A stretch of 64,000 bases of DNA from an uncultured Candidatus Saccharibacteria bacterium (GTDB lineage: Bacteria > Patescibacteriota > Minisyncoccia > Phycocordibacterales > UBA9973), in contig CAZQSY010000004.1 of assembly GCA_964596395.1 (NCBI GenBank), forward strand, positions 9,008 through 73,007, written 5' to 3'. The notes under the pieces are model-generated. The model worked only from the letters and a program-made list of their open reading frames with translations, had not been told where the DNA came from and searched no databases. This document shows positions 45,263-54,604 of this stretch, in pieces. Position numbers and translations under genes: made by a program. The number at the start of each line of letters is the position of its first letter. Position 1 is the first letter of the stretch.

Positions 45263-45301
45263 CCCTGGGAGTAAGTCGCGGGAAAATGAAATATTTTTTA
45301 T

Positions 45302-45688
45302 ATGAGTGAAGAAAAAGACGAGAGTCAGTGGTATCAAGATTCAAAAGAGTTAGGAAAAACTTTTTTTGATCGTTGGTCTATCCTCTCAGGAGGAACTTTC
45401 ACCTTATTGATTCCATTTATTCAATCTCTAGATGGCAATATAAAATACCCAGTGTTGTTGGTAGTCATAGAGTCTATTTTGTTAGTAGCGTTACTTACCT
45501 CCTCTTTGCATTCATGGATTGCTAGTGAGATATCATACTATAATTCATTAACAGAAACAGACGAAAAAGATGAAAAGATGCAAAAATTTTATGTAGTAGC
45601 TCAAAGGATTAACCACCGTGTTGCAATTTTCTCTTACCCAATCGCCGTTGTTTTACTTTTGATTTTTATAAATTCTAACATTTTCTAA
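45302..45688 (+). CDS. Hypothetical small membrane protein (AT-rich island)
   Basis: 128 aa with 2-3 TM helices, low GC, no motif recognised. Confidence 0.4.
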   Translation: MSEEKDESQWYQDSKELGKTFFDRWSILSGGTFTLLIPFIQSLDGNIKYPVLLVVIESILLVALLTSSLHSWIASEISYYNSLTETDEKDEKMQKFYVVAQRINHRVAIFSYPIAVVLLLIFINSNIF

Positions 45689-45691
45689 AAC

Positions 45692-46426
45692 GTGGAAAAT
45701 TCACCCAAACCCTTTAGGCCATTAGAAGAGTTCCAAACAGATATTTCCCATGGATTTTCAAAAATTGAACAAGGAGTAGGGCACCCTGAAATTCTCGTTA
45801 AGGAAATAACGCATATTCTCACAAGCACATACACGTTCGATGATTTTAAAAGAGAAGTTGTAGAACCTATAGAGGCTGCCAATGACTATGGGTTGGGTAA
45901 ATTTATACCGTATATAAATTCAGTTTGGGGATTAAATGACGAAGGACAAGAGAGAGGGTTTTTGGTTACGAAAAGAGTGTTTGGTGAAAACATAGAAGAT
46001 GTAACCAACATAAGTTTAGAGATTGCCGAGGAATTAGACAAATTTCTGTCTTTGTCTCTTGTTGTTGCCTCAATAACATTGAGAAACACAGATATGGTCA
46101 TTCTGCCAGATATTTCTTTTGTTTCTTATTCTGATTCGTGTAAATCGGCGGGGTTAATAAATATAGTAATAGGGAAAACAGATTCTGATACAAGAGAACA
46201 CGTATATTTAGTTGACCTCTACCCATTAAAAGATGAGAAAGAGCGTTTTGACCACTGGGATGTAAATTCAGAGAAAATAAAATGGGAAAAAATTATCGAA
46301 AATTTATCTAAACTCTCGAAAGAATATAATTTTCCAGAAACCCGGCAAGCCTTGGGAAATTGGGTAGCTTCCATAAGAAGACATCAACGAACTGTCGTAT
46401 TGCATACTGAACAAGGGACAGATTAG
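45692..46426 (+). CDS. Hypothetical protein (AT-rich island)
   Basis: 244 aa, low GC, no motif recognised. Tightly coupled to the upstream ORF (4-nt gap). Confidence 0.4.
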   Translation: MENSPKPFRPLEEFQTDISHGFSKIEQGVGHPEILVKEITHILTSTYTFDDFKREVVEPIEAANDYGLGKFIPYINSVWGLNDEGQERGFLVTKRVFGENIEDVTNISLEIAEELDKFLSLSLVVASITLRNTDMVILPDISFVSYSDSCKSAGLINIVIGKTDSDTREHVYLVDLYPLKDEKERFDHWDVNSEKIKWEKIIENLSKLSKEYNFPETRQALGNWVASIRRHQRTVVLHTEQGTD

Positions 46427-46469
46427 GTGTTAAAATAATACGTATTATAATACGTATTAAAATACTTAC

Positions 46470-46649
46470 ATGAGCACGAGGAAATTTAGGGAAAGGAATA
46501 TAAGGAATTTAACAAGGGTGGGGAGAACGTCGCTCGCTGTAACTTTGCCGAAAGAGTTCGTGACTAAGCTCGGGTGGAAGGAAAGGCAGAAAATCGTGGT
46601 CAAAAAAGTCCGCGGAGGGCTGTTAATTACGGATTGGAAAAAGCGCTAG
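46470..46649 (+). CDS. AbrB/MazE/SpoVT-type (swapped-hairpin) small DNA-binding protein
   Basis: 59-aa ORF missing from the ORF track: MSTRKFRERNIRNLTRVGRTSLAVTLPKEFVTKLGWKERQKIVVKKVRGGLLITDWKKR, with the SpoVT/AbrB-like core SLAVTLPKEF..LGW. Confidence 0.5.
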   Translation: MSTRKFRERNIRNLTRVGRTSLAVTLPKEFVTKLGWKERQKIVVKKVRGGLLITDWKKR

Positions 46650-46673
46650 GCAAGGCCTGGAAAATTAAAAATC

Positions 46674-47069
46674 ATGACTAAAGAACAAACTGAATTTTTC
46701 TACAATCTGGAGACGAGTTTACACAAAAAAGAAAACAGAAACTCGCGCGAAAAAGTATCGGCTCTTATCGCTGATGATTTCACGGAGTTTGGAAAATCGG
46801 GAAATGTTTATGACAAACAAGACACGCTTGAGCATCTTGAAAAAGAGGAGTTTGATGTGCAGGTTGAAGTGTCAAATTTTTCCGCAAAAGAGCTGTTGCC
46901 GGGAGCGGTACTGGTCATGTACGTTGCTGTCATGCTTGATAAAGAAAACACAGGTGCAAAAGTCAAAACCAACAGGAGCTCTATCTGGGTTTCGCGCGAC
47001 GGAAGATGGCAAATGGTATTTCATCAAGGGACGAAAAAAGAAAATTTAGCCAGTAGGCAAGACATGTAA
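46674..47069 (+). CDS. SnoaL-like/NTF2-fold protein (DUF4440-like)
   Basis: 131 aa with the NTF2-like pattern ...IADDFTEFGKSG...VMYVAV...DGRWQMVFHQGT. Confidence 0.45.
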   Translation: MTKEQTEFFYNLETSLHKKENRNSREKVSALIADDFTEFGKSGNVYDKQDTLEHLEKEEFDVQVEVSNFSAKELLPGAVLVMYVAVMLDKENTGAKVKTNRSSIWVSRDGRWQMVFHQGTKKENLASRQDM

Positions 47070-47107
47070 AACACAGAAAACAAGACACACTCAAATATTA
47101 AAATCAA

Positions 47108-47665
47108 ATGAATATCAAAAAAGGTCCTTGGAGAATAGTAGGCACAAAAATTGTATATAGGAATCCGTGGATTAAAGTACGGGAAGATAAGGTTATTAGA
47201 CCTGACAGCAAGAACGGGATTTTTGGCGTTGTAGAACTAAGAGAAGGGGTATCGGTAATCCCTTTAGACACCCGCGGAAATGTATATCTAACCCAAGAAT
47301 ATCATTACGCGGTGGAAAGAATTACCATAGAAGCAATTAGCGGGGGAATTAATAAAGGGGAAAATAAATTAAAAGCAGCACAGCGAGAATTAAAAGAAGA
47401 AACTGGCTTTACCGCTAAAAAATGGACGTATCTTGGGGTGATTGATCCCTTCACAAGTATGTGTGTATCGCCTAATCACATATATCTTGCGGAACAATTA
47501 ATTGGAGGAAGGGCAAGACGAGAAGGGACAGAGACCATGAAAATAACCAAAATACCTTACCAAAAAGCATTGGAAATGGTAATGAAAAGTAAAATAACAC
47601 ACGGAGCAAGCTGCGTCGCTCTTTTAAAAATTTATCTAACGCTCAAGACACGGAAAATTATTTGA
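47108..47665 (+). CDS. NUDIX hydrolase (ADP-ribose pyrophosphatase-like)
   Basis: Nudix box GGINKGENKLKAAQRELKEETGF. Confidence 0.75.
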   Translation: MNIKKGPWRIVGTKIVYRNPWIKVREDKVIRPDSKNGIFGVVELREGVSVIPLDTRGNVYLTQEYHYAVERITIEAISGGINKGENKLKAAQRELKEETGFTAKKWTYLGVIDPFTSMCVSPNHIYLAEQLIGGRARREGTETMKITKIPYQKALEMVMKSKITHGASCVALLKIYLTLKTRKII

Positions 47666-47694
47666 ATAAGGTAAATGCAAATGCAAATTAAAAT

Positions 47695-48240
47695 ATGTCT
47701 GTAAAAATAACTTACTTTGTGCACGGGACGACGGTGGATAATGAAAACAGGATTTCTTCGGGGTGGAAGGATACGGAGCTTTCACAGGCCGGGATAGAAC
47801 AAGCAAAAACATTAAGGGAGCAAACCAAGGAAAAAACTTTTGATGCAGTATTTTGCTCGGATTTGAAACGGGCGCATGAATCAGCAAAACTTGCCTTTTC
47901 GGGCAAGGCGCCGATTACAGCCGATACGCGCCTGCGCGAATGCAATTACGGGAAACTAAACGGCGCGCCGTCGGCGCTCGTTGAGCCGATGACGGAAAAG
48001 ATGATTACCGATAGATTTCCCGGCGGGGAAGCGTATGAAGACGTGAAAGCGAGAGTGGCCGGCTTTTTAAAATTTTTGAAAGAAAATTATGATGGCAAGC
48101 ATATCGCTATCGTTGCCCACAAAGCCCCGCAGCTCGCGCTCGACGTGCTTCTGAAAGGTATGACATGGGAAGAAGCATTTGCCCGCGATTGGCGCAAGAC
48201 CAAGGCCTGGCAGCCGGGCTGGGAGTATAAGTTAAAATGA
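47695..48240 (+). CDS. Histidine phosphatase family protein (phosphoglycerate mutase-like)
   Basis: N-terminal VHGTT (RHG-like) motif and a typical ~180-aa branch-1 His-phosphatase fold. Confidence 0.6.
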   Translation: MSVKITYFVHGTTVDNENRISSGWKDTELSQAGIEQAKTLREQTKEKTFDAVFCSDLKRAHESAKLAFSGKAPITADTRLRECNYGKLNGAPSALVEPMTEKMITDRFPGGEAYEDVKARVAGFLKFLKENYDGKHIAIVAHKAPQLALDVLLKGMTWEEAFARDWRKTKAWQPGWEYKLK

Positions 48241-49142
48241 CGGCCGAAGAGAAAAAGTTAAAAATTGAATTAGTAAAAAGGTTTACCAACGAATTTCCTG
48301 AAGTAGGTTTTAGAAAAGCAACCTTGGCCAATAATGGCGATGACCATGCTGTACTTATTCTAGACAAACAGCGCATCGTCAGATTTCCAAGAACAGAAAA
48401 ATATAAAAGATCTTTTAAACAGGAATTGAGAATTTTAAAAACTCTTAGAGAAAGAAAAATACCTGTTCCCGTTTATGATTTAGTGTCCAGAAAGTTCGAT
48501 TTCGGTAGTTATAAGTTTATAGACGGAACGGAACTGAGAGAAATGCTATTTGCTAGTTTCAGTAGGGAAGTAAAAGAAAAGTTAGTTTCAGATATAGCCT
48601 CTTGTATTTCCGAGATCCATTCCTTACCTACGACACTTATTGATACTTCTATAGGAAATGGCCGTTGGGATTCCGATGAAATATGGAGATATTCTGAAAG
48701 ATATGAAAAAGAAAGACGCGCGGTTATTAAAAAACACGTAAATATTGAAATGCTGCATCAAATCGACCGGTTGTTTACGGGAATCAAAATAATGAAACCG
48801 CCTCAATTTTGTGTCGTACATGCCGACCTTACGGATGACCATATACTGGTTAGTCCTGATGGGGCCCTTATGGGAATCATTGATTTTGGCGATGTCACCA
48901 TTGGCGATCCGGCTTTTGACTTTTCTCATTTTTGGGATTACGACAAGTGGGTACCTGAAGCTTTGTACGCAAATTATCGTTTGGGAAAAGATGACAGACT
49001 TTTAGATCGTTCACGCTGGCACCGCGCCCGTTCTCTTGCCGACTGGCTTTTTCATTCTTGCGAGATAAATGATTTGAAACACACGAGAGAGTTAGCCAGA
49101 AAGCTGATTAGTATATTGTCGAAAATCCCTGAATTGGGTTAA
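48237..49142 (+). CDS. Aminoglycoside/choline-kinase-like phosphotransferase (APH family)
   Basis: Catalytic loop VHADLTDDHILV and DFGD motif (GIIDFGDVTIGDPAFDF). Confidence 0.7.
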   Translation: MTAEEKKLKIELVKRFTNEFPEVGFRKATLANNGDDHAVLILDKQRIVRFPRTEKYKRSFKQELRILKTLRERKIPVPVYDLVSRKFDFGSYKFIDGTELREMLFASFSREVKEKLVSDIASCISEIHSLPTTLIDTSIGNGRWDSDEIWRYSERYEKERRAVIKKHVNIEMLHQIDRLFTGIKIMKPPQFCVVHADLTDDHILVSPDGALMGIIDFGDVTIGDPAFDFSHFWDYDKWVPEALYANYRLGKDDRLLDRSRWHRARSLADWLFHSCEINDLKHTRELARKLISILSKIPELG

Positions 49143-49172
49143 GATATTGTAAATAAGGAAAATTTTTATCAA

Positions 49173-49877
49173 ATGACTAAATACCACTATTTTTTAATTA
49201 TTTGTTTTTTGGTTGTTTGGGTCTGGGCGGCCATTAACCCGGTGTACCCGCACGACTGGCTTTTAGAAAATTACTTGGTGTTCATTTTCGTGCCTATTAT
49301 TATTCTGCTCGGGCATTACTTTAAGTTTTCCAAAGTTTCGTATACCTTGATAACCATATTTATGATTCTGCACGTTATCGGTTCGCACTATACTTACGCA
49401 GAAGTTCCATTCGGTTATACGCTTCAGGATTGGTTTGGCGCAGACCGCAACATGTACGACCGGCTGGTACATTTTCTTTCGGGATTTTTGATGTTTTATC
49501 CGGCGCGTGAAATATTTATCCGTTTAGCGAAAGTGAAAGGATTTTGGTCGTATCTTCTGCCGATAGATTTATGGGGTTCTTTCTCGGCAATTTACGAAAT
49601 TATTGAGTGGCGAACAGCGGTAAAAGTAAGTCCAACTGCCGGGCTGGCTTTTCTTGGTACGCAAGGTGATATTTGGGATGCGTAGAAAGATATGCTACTG
49701 GCGATACTGGGTGCTTGTCTCGCATCTCTTGTTGTCGCCGGCATCAATTGGTATTTTAAAAAAGATTTTTGGAAGGAGATCAAAGAAAGTTTCAAGTTAA
49801 GCAAAAACGACCACGAGCTGGGGGAGGTGGAGCTGGGCAGAATGATTAAAGATTCTTTTAACCCGCACGGGAAATAA
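49173..49877 (+). pseudogene. DUF2238/YjdF-family inner-membrane protein interrupted by an in-frame TAG (two ORFs 49173-49685 and 49692-49877 in the same frame)
   Basis: ...GTQGDIWDA-TAG-KDMLLAILGACLASLVVAGINWYFK continues the same frame and the same membrane-protein character. Either an inactivating mutation, a sequencing error or stop-codon readthrough. Confidence 0.5.
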
Positions 49878-49948
49878 TTTAAAAGGGTTTTTTCTGGCGG
49901 GCTCTGGAGCGTTTATGGTTTTTCCCCTGCGTTTGCTATAATTTTCGC

Positions 49949-50383
49949 ATGTGGATTCTGCTTGCTTTAGGAGCTTCGCTCTTCTGGGGGCTTACTTATG
50001 TTTTCAACGAAGAGGTTTACAGGAAGATATCGGTCTTTACCCCTATCGCTTTTACATCGCTTGTTGTTTTTATAACTACTTTAGCGATATCTTTGCTTTC
50101 GGATAATCTGAAAACAGACGTGCAGGCACTCCTCGCTTCTAAAAAATTGCTTTGGTATTTTATCGGCGGAGCGATTGCTTTTTTGGTCGCCGAGTTCTTC
50201 ATAGCTTTTTCAATAACCGCCAAAAACGCGACACTGGCCGGATTAATCGAAATCTCGTATCCGATATTTATCGCGCTTTTCAGTTACATTATCTTTAGAC
50301 ACAATTATCTTAATCTACCGACGGTACTCGGGGGGATGCTCATTTTCATCGGGGTTTCTGTGATATATTACTTCAATCGCTGA
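49949..50383 (+). CDS. Small EamA-like (4-TM, half-size DMT) membrane protein
   Basis: 144 aa with 4 TM segments and EamA-like spacing. TATAAT -10 upstream at ~49934. Confidence 0.5.
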   Translation: MWILLALGASLFWGLTYVFNEEVYRKISVFTPIAFTSLVVFITTLAISLLSDNLKTDVQALLASKKLLWYFIGGAIAFLVAEFFIAFSITAKNATLAGLIEISYPIFIALFSYIIFRHNYLNLPTVLGGMLIFIGVSVIYYFNR

Positions 50384-50460
50384 TTTGGGCTGAAAATGAT
50401 ACACTTAAGCTGTGTGTTGCTTGTTGCTTATGTAAGTTTAAAATTTAACCTTTAAATTGT

Positions 50461-51201
50461 ATGGTTGGATTAGGATTAAAAATTGAACTAAATCAGGCGA
50501 TTACGCAAGCTCAAGAGCATAAAATCAAGCAACAGTTGAAACAACTAGAGAAGGTGAGTTTATCCCTACGGCATGAACCCTTTCCTGGGTCTGTTAAGGG
50601 TTTAGAAGGAATAGAGATAGCTGATAAAATTTTGAAAGAGAAGGGGGCAGTAGGGTTGTTAATTGGTGGTTTGTCGGAAGCTATCTGGAATCCTAGAAAC
50701 ACACGAAATGCATTGAATGCATTGTCAGAAAAACATAAAGATGTTGATGTTTTGATACCCTATATTTCCCCAGGGTTAGAAATAGATGATTTTGAGGGGG
50801 GGGTTGATTGGTGGCTTCCAAGAGAGTTAAAAATAAAAATAAAATATGAATCTGCTACTGTCGAAGAGAATGTCTTGTTTTGGGAAAATTGTTTAAAAGT
50901 GCGTTTGGCTTTTACAGTTTTGGTTCGTACAAAAGAACCTTTACTTTCTGGGCTTTATATACCAGAACCTGATTTTATTAGGTCAATGAGGGAGGCCGAG
51001 GTATTTGCTAGAGTTGACACGAAAAATGTAGAGGTGGAGGAAAGTACACGTGAACTTTTTGGAGAAAAATTGAGGAAAAGAATAAAAAATGCAAACATTA
51101 AAGCTATAGAAAAAAAGGGGTTGAGACACGATAGTGTTCCTAACTTTATAGTTCAAGAAATTGATCACGAAACCTTTTTGGCAATAAATTCAATAGAGTA
51201 A
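50461..51201 (+). CDS. Hypothetical protein with a putative Pol-beta-type nucleotidyltransferase core
   Basis: GLLIGGLSEA...KDVDVLI resembles the hG[GS]x9-13Dh[DE]h nucleotidyltransferase signature. Weak call. Confidence 0.35.
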   Translation: MVGLGLKIELNQAITQAQEHKIKQQLKQLEKVSLSLRHEPFPGSVKGLEGIEIADKILKEKGAVGLLIGGLSEAIWNPRNTRNALNALSEKHKDVDVLIPYISPGLEIDDFEGGVDWWLPRELKIKIKYESATVEENVLFWENCLKVRLAFTVLVRTKEPLLSGLYIPEPDFIRSMREAEVFARVDTKNVEVEESTRELFGEKLRKRIKNANIKAIEKKGLRHDSVPNFIVQEIDHETFLAINSIE

Positions 51202-51211
51202 CTGGTTAAAT

Positions 51212-52264
51212 TTATTCTTGATAATCGTTTTTCACCTTTTTGTTTTCATGGGCGTCTTCTTCCGCCTCGCGCTTAAAATCTTTTTCTGTTTCAATCAGGT
51301 AATTCAATTGACCGAGTTCTTGGTCTGCCTGGTTGTAGAGTTTGAACGCTTTCTTTTTCTTTCCGCGGGAACTTTCTTCTTTCGCGTCTTCCAGTATCTC
51401 AGATATTTTTGAAAGTTCTGTTTCTATTTCTTCTTCGCCGATTATTTCTTCTCTTTCTTTCTCTGACGGTTCGTCTAGAATCATCGTTTGTATTGTTTTC
51501 GTCTTTTGAGCCGACAGTTTCTTTAGCATTCTGGCAGTTTCTTTTTCCCGCTTTTCGAGTGATTTTTCAAATTCAGGCGTTTCAGGCGAGGATTCTACCA
51601 TTTCTTCAATGTCGTCTATGATTTTCTGCGTATTCGCAATCTCTGCGCCAATTTCGGCCGAAATTTCGGGGTTTTCAGAATTATCCGCAGAGATTTTTTC
51701 CAAAACGATGCTATGCGCCGACAGAATGGATTGCAATTCATTGGCGGCACCGGCGGCTTCGGAAGTATCGTTTTCTTCGGTTAATTTTTGTATCTCTTTT
51801 TTTGCTTCCTTGATTTGAGAAGAGAGTTCCGTCTGGATTTCTTTTTTCAATTCCGGGCTAGCTTCTTTTTTTACAGAGATTGTTCCGAATTCTTTAAGAC
51901 GCTTATTTACGAATTTGACGGCCAAATCAGCTTTTTGTTCGGAACCGACGGAAAGGATTTTTTGCATCGGCTCAGTAATTTTAGTTTTCACCGGGTATAG
52001 ATACTCGCCGGGCAATGACTTTTCGGCTGCCGACGCGACAGATACTGAAAACACCAAAATTCCCGCCAGCGCCGTGAATGCCGTATGCGCGCGCAAAAAA
52101 CCAAAAAACGGAGAAAAATAACGGCCGCCGTTTTCTGTCTGAACTCGAATATTTTCCCGGGTTATAAATTTCTCTATTTCGGAGCGGTAAAAAAGTTTTT
52201 CATCTCCGGTGAGTTTTATGCCCTCCCTGATGCTTTTTAGTTTGAATTTAATTTCGTTTTCCAT
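51212..52264 (-). CDS. Putative anti-sigma factor (single TM, coiled-coil/acidic extracytoplasmic domain), translationally coupled to ECF sigma
   Basis: Its start overlaps the upstream ECF sigma stop by 17 nt. One TM (~res 60-80) and a Glu/Lys-rich coiled-coil C-terminal region. Confidence 0.5.
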   Translation of the reverse strand: MENEIKFKLKSIREGIKLTGDEKLFYRSEIEKFITRENIRVQTENGGRYFSPFFGFLRAHTAFTALAGILVFSVSVASAAEKSLPGEYLYPVKTKITEPMQKILSVGSEQKADLAVKFVNKRLKEFGTISVKKEASPELKKEIQTELSSQIKEAKKEIQKLTEENDTSEAAGAANELQSILSAHSIVLEKISADNSENPEISAEIGAEIANTQKIIDDIEEMVESSPETPEFEKSLEKREKETARMLKKLSAQKTKTIQTMILDEPSEKEREEIIGEEEIETELSKISEILEDAKEESSRGKKKKAFKLYNQADQELGQLNYLIETEKDFKREAEEDAHENKKVKNDYQE

Positions 52265-52766
52265 CTTGGTATAACTTTTTCAATTTCTCTTCCGCTCTTT
52301 GGATTTTAACCGTAACGGTGTTGGGAAGCATGTCTAGGATTTTTGCGATTTCTTTTACCTCCATATCGTCTGTGTACCGCATAGAAAGGAGTTCTGCTTC
52401 CTCTGAAGAAAGTTCGCGGATTTTTCTTAACAACAACGCTGTCTCAGACGCTGTTTCTGGGGAGGGGAGGTAAGGGTCTATTACGTCAAAGCCAGATTTT
52501 TCCACCATTTCGTCAAGGGAAAATGTTCTACGGCTTGCGATTTCATTTATGCACAAATTGCGCGCAGATTTGTATAGGAAGGCGCGCATATTTTCTATCC
52601 CGCCTTTTATATTCGCGTATTGCCAAACATTGGTGAAAGTTTCCTGCATGATTTCTTTTGCGCGTTCCCGGTCGGATATCCTGAGCGCGCAATACCTGAA
52701 AATGGCGTCGGCGTACTCATCGTATACCCGGATGAAAGTTTTTTTGTTTTTGTAATTTTCTCCCAT
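52248..52766 (-). CDS. ECF-type RNA polymerase sigma-70 factor
   Basis: Region 2 (FRYCALRISDRERAKEIMQETF) and region 4 HTH (EVKEIAKILDMLPNTVTVKIQRAEEKLKKL). Confidence 0.8.
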   Translation of the reverse strand: MGENYKNKKTFIRVYDEYADAIFRYCALRISDRERAKEIMQETFTNVWQYANIKGGIENMRAFLYKSARNLCINEIASRRTFSLDEMVEKSGFDVIDPYLPSPETASETALLLRKIRELSSEEAELLSMRYTDDMEVKEIAKILDMLPNTVTVKIQRAEEKLKKLYQDGKRN

Positions 52767-52918
52767 AAATAAGACAAATCAGGAGGGTAAAATGTGACGA
52801 AAAATCACGCTTGTCACATTTTCTCTGTTTATCTGTCATAATATATGCCACGCTTCCCTGAGTCGAAAAGAGGCGGGTATGAATTATAAACAAATTAACT
52901 TATAAATTATATAAAAGG

Positions 52919-54556
52919 ATGAAAAAATTAACTAGTTACAGAAATCTTCTACTTGGAGTTGCCGTGTTTGCGGTGCTTTTTGCGGGCAGTTTCACTCCGT
53001 CAAAAGCTGAAGCGGATTCGGATAATGATGGTGAGAAGAATTGCGCGGTTTCGCTGACTTTAAGGATGGGCGATGAAGGCAAAGATGTAGTGTGCCTGCA
53101 GAAAAAAATTGGAACAAAGGCGGACGGAAAATTCGGCAAGAAAACCTGGGCTGCGCTGAGGTCATGGCAGGTAATGAACGGTCTTTTGGCTGACGGTGTT
53201 GCCGGCCCACTCACTCTTTCTAATCTGGGAGCGTGGGGTTCGAAGTCGGGCAATTTTCCGCTCGGATGCCGTTCGGCTTCGGGATACAGCGAAGTGACTG
53301 GCCTTCCATGCTACGCGGTTCCCTCGGCTCGTACTTCGGGACTTGCGGCGGGATGCACTTCAACTTCCGGCTACTCTCCCGTTACCGGACTTAAGTGCGA
53401 CAAATATATTTCAGAAGACCTTCCGGCGGGATGCCTGCCCGGGTTTCCTTACAGCACTACCACTGGCAAGCGCTGTTTCTCTTCTGGCACGAATAACGAT
53501 GACCTCTCGGGGGGCTCTGGTTCTATAGAAATATCTCCTCTGTCAACCTATGAAGACGAGACGGTCGGCGAAGGGGATAACGACGCGAAGGTTCTCGCTT
53601 TTGAAGTAGAAGCCGACGATGAATCGGATGTAAGAATAATCTCGATGAAGGTTGAATTAAACCAGCAAGACGGTTCTGCCTCGGAGGAAATAGACGATTA
53701 TATGGATTCGGTCTCTGTGTGGATGGGTTCAAAGAGGGTGGCCGAAGTTGATGCTGAAGATTTTTCTGAAAGCTCCGGTAACATCTGGACCAAGACGATT
53801 TCATTAAACAACGCGATAATCGACGCCGGTGATACTGAGAAATTCTACCTGGCGGTCACAGCCGCGTCTAATATCGATTCTAACGACATGGATTCGGATG
53901 ATTGGCAGATAGGAGTATCGAGCGTGCGTTTTATTGACGGAGACGGTGAAACCACGACCGAGAGTTTAGACCTTGAGGTTGACGACGGAGATGTGGATGA
54001 TGACGTTGAAGAGAGCTTTGACTTCGACGAAAACGGCGGTAGTTCTTCTGGAGACCTGGAGCTTCGCGTGGCTCTAAATAGTGATGATGATGAAATAAAT
54101 GAATCACACGATATAGACGTAGAGTCGGGTTCTCTTGAAACCGAAGATGTGGAAATTCTTTCTTTCACCCTGAAGGCCATCGGCTCGGATATCACGGTGA
54201 ACGAAATTCCGGTAACCTTTACCACCACCGGTGATTCTAATGAATCAAATCTGATTTTGGCCGCGCATTTGATTTGGAACGGCGATGAGATAGACACAGT
54301 AGATGTGCCGAACGGAGGTGAAGTGGTCTTCAATAATCTTGATATAGATATCAATGAAGGTGACACCGAAGAACTTCTGGTAACAATAGACCTAGCTTCT
54401 TTGAATGGCGCGCTGGATGAAGGAGATACGGTGAAAGCCGGAATCACTTCGGCCTTAGTGGATGATATAGAAGCCGAAGACAGTGACGGAGATACCCTGG
54501 ATTCTAGCGAACTTACCGGTTCAGCCGTGGGTGAGGCCTCTACGGTACAGGATTAA
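52919..54556 (+). CDS. Secreted peptidoglycan-binding-domain protein with 3 Cys-containing ~25-aa repeats and a long acidic C-terminal region
   Basis: Signal peptide, PG_binding_1-like motif (GDEGKDVVCLQKKIGTKADGKFGKKTWAALRSWQ). Three repeats GCxSxSGYSxVTGLxC. Then ~350 aa rich in D/E/S/T. Confidence 0.6.
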   Translation: MKKLTSYRNLLLGVAVFAVLFAGSFTPSKAEADSDNDGEKNCAVSLTLRMGDEGKDVVCLQKKIGTKADGKFGKKTWAALRSWQVMNGLLADGVAGPLTLSNLGAWGSKSGNFPLGCRSASGYSEVTGLPCYAVPSARTSGLAAGCTSTSGYSPVTGLKCDKYISEDLPAGCLPGFPYSTTTGKRCFSSGTNNDDLSGGSGSIEISPLSTYEDETVGEGDNDAKVLAFEVEADDESDVRIISMKVELNQQDGSASEEIDDYMDSVSVWMGSKRVAEVDAEDFSESSGNIWTKTISLNNAIIDAGDTEKFYLAVTAASNIDSNDMDSDDWQIGVSSVRFIDGDGETTTESLDLEVDDGDVDDDVEESFDFDENGGSSSGDLELRVALNSDDDEINESHDIDVESGSLETEDVEILSFTLKAIGSDITVNEIPVTFTTTGDSNESNLILAAHLIWNGDEIDTVDVPNGGEVVFNNLDIDINEGDTEELLVTIDLASLNGALDEGDTVKAGITSALVDDIEAEDSDGDTLDSSELTGSAVGEASTVQD

Positions 54557-54604
54557 AAGCCCGTTTTTTACGACAGCTTATTTAATTCTAATAAAAAGTA
54601 CTCA

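Noticed and set aside
45255-45271. Hairpin ctcccag-ccc-tgggag after the tRNA 3' fragment, as evidence for a circularly permuted tRNA
   Set aside because: Only 6 bp pair, and the downstream sequence does not continue as a D-arm. It is more likely a short terminator-like hairpin.
44716-45276. Nanoarchaeum-style split tRNA (separately transcribed halves joined by complementary leaders)
   Set aside because: The 36-nt segments shared by the two fragments are direct repeats, not reverse complements. They cannot anneal the halves in trans.
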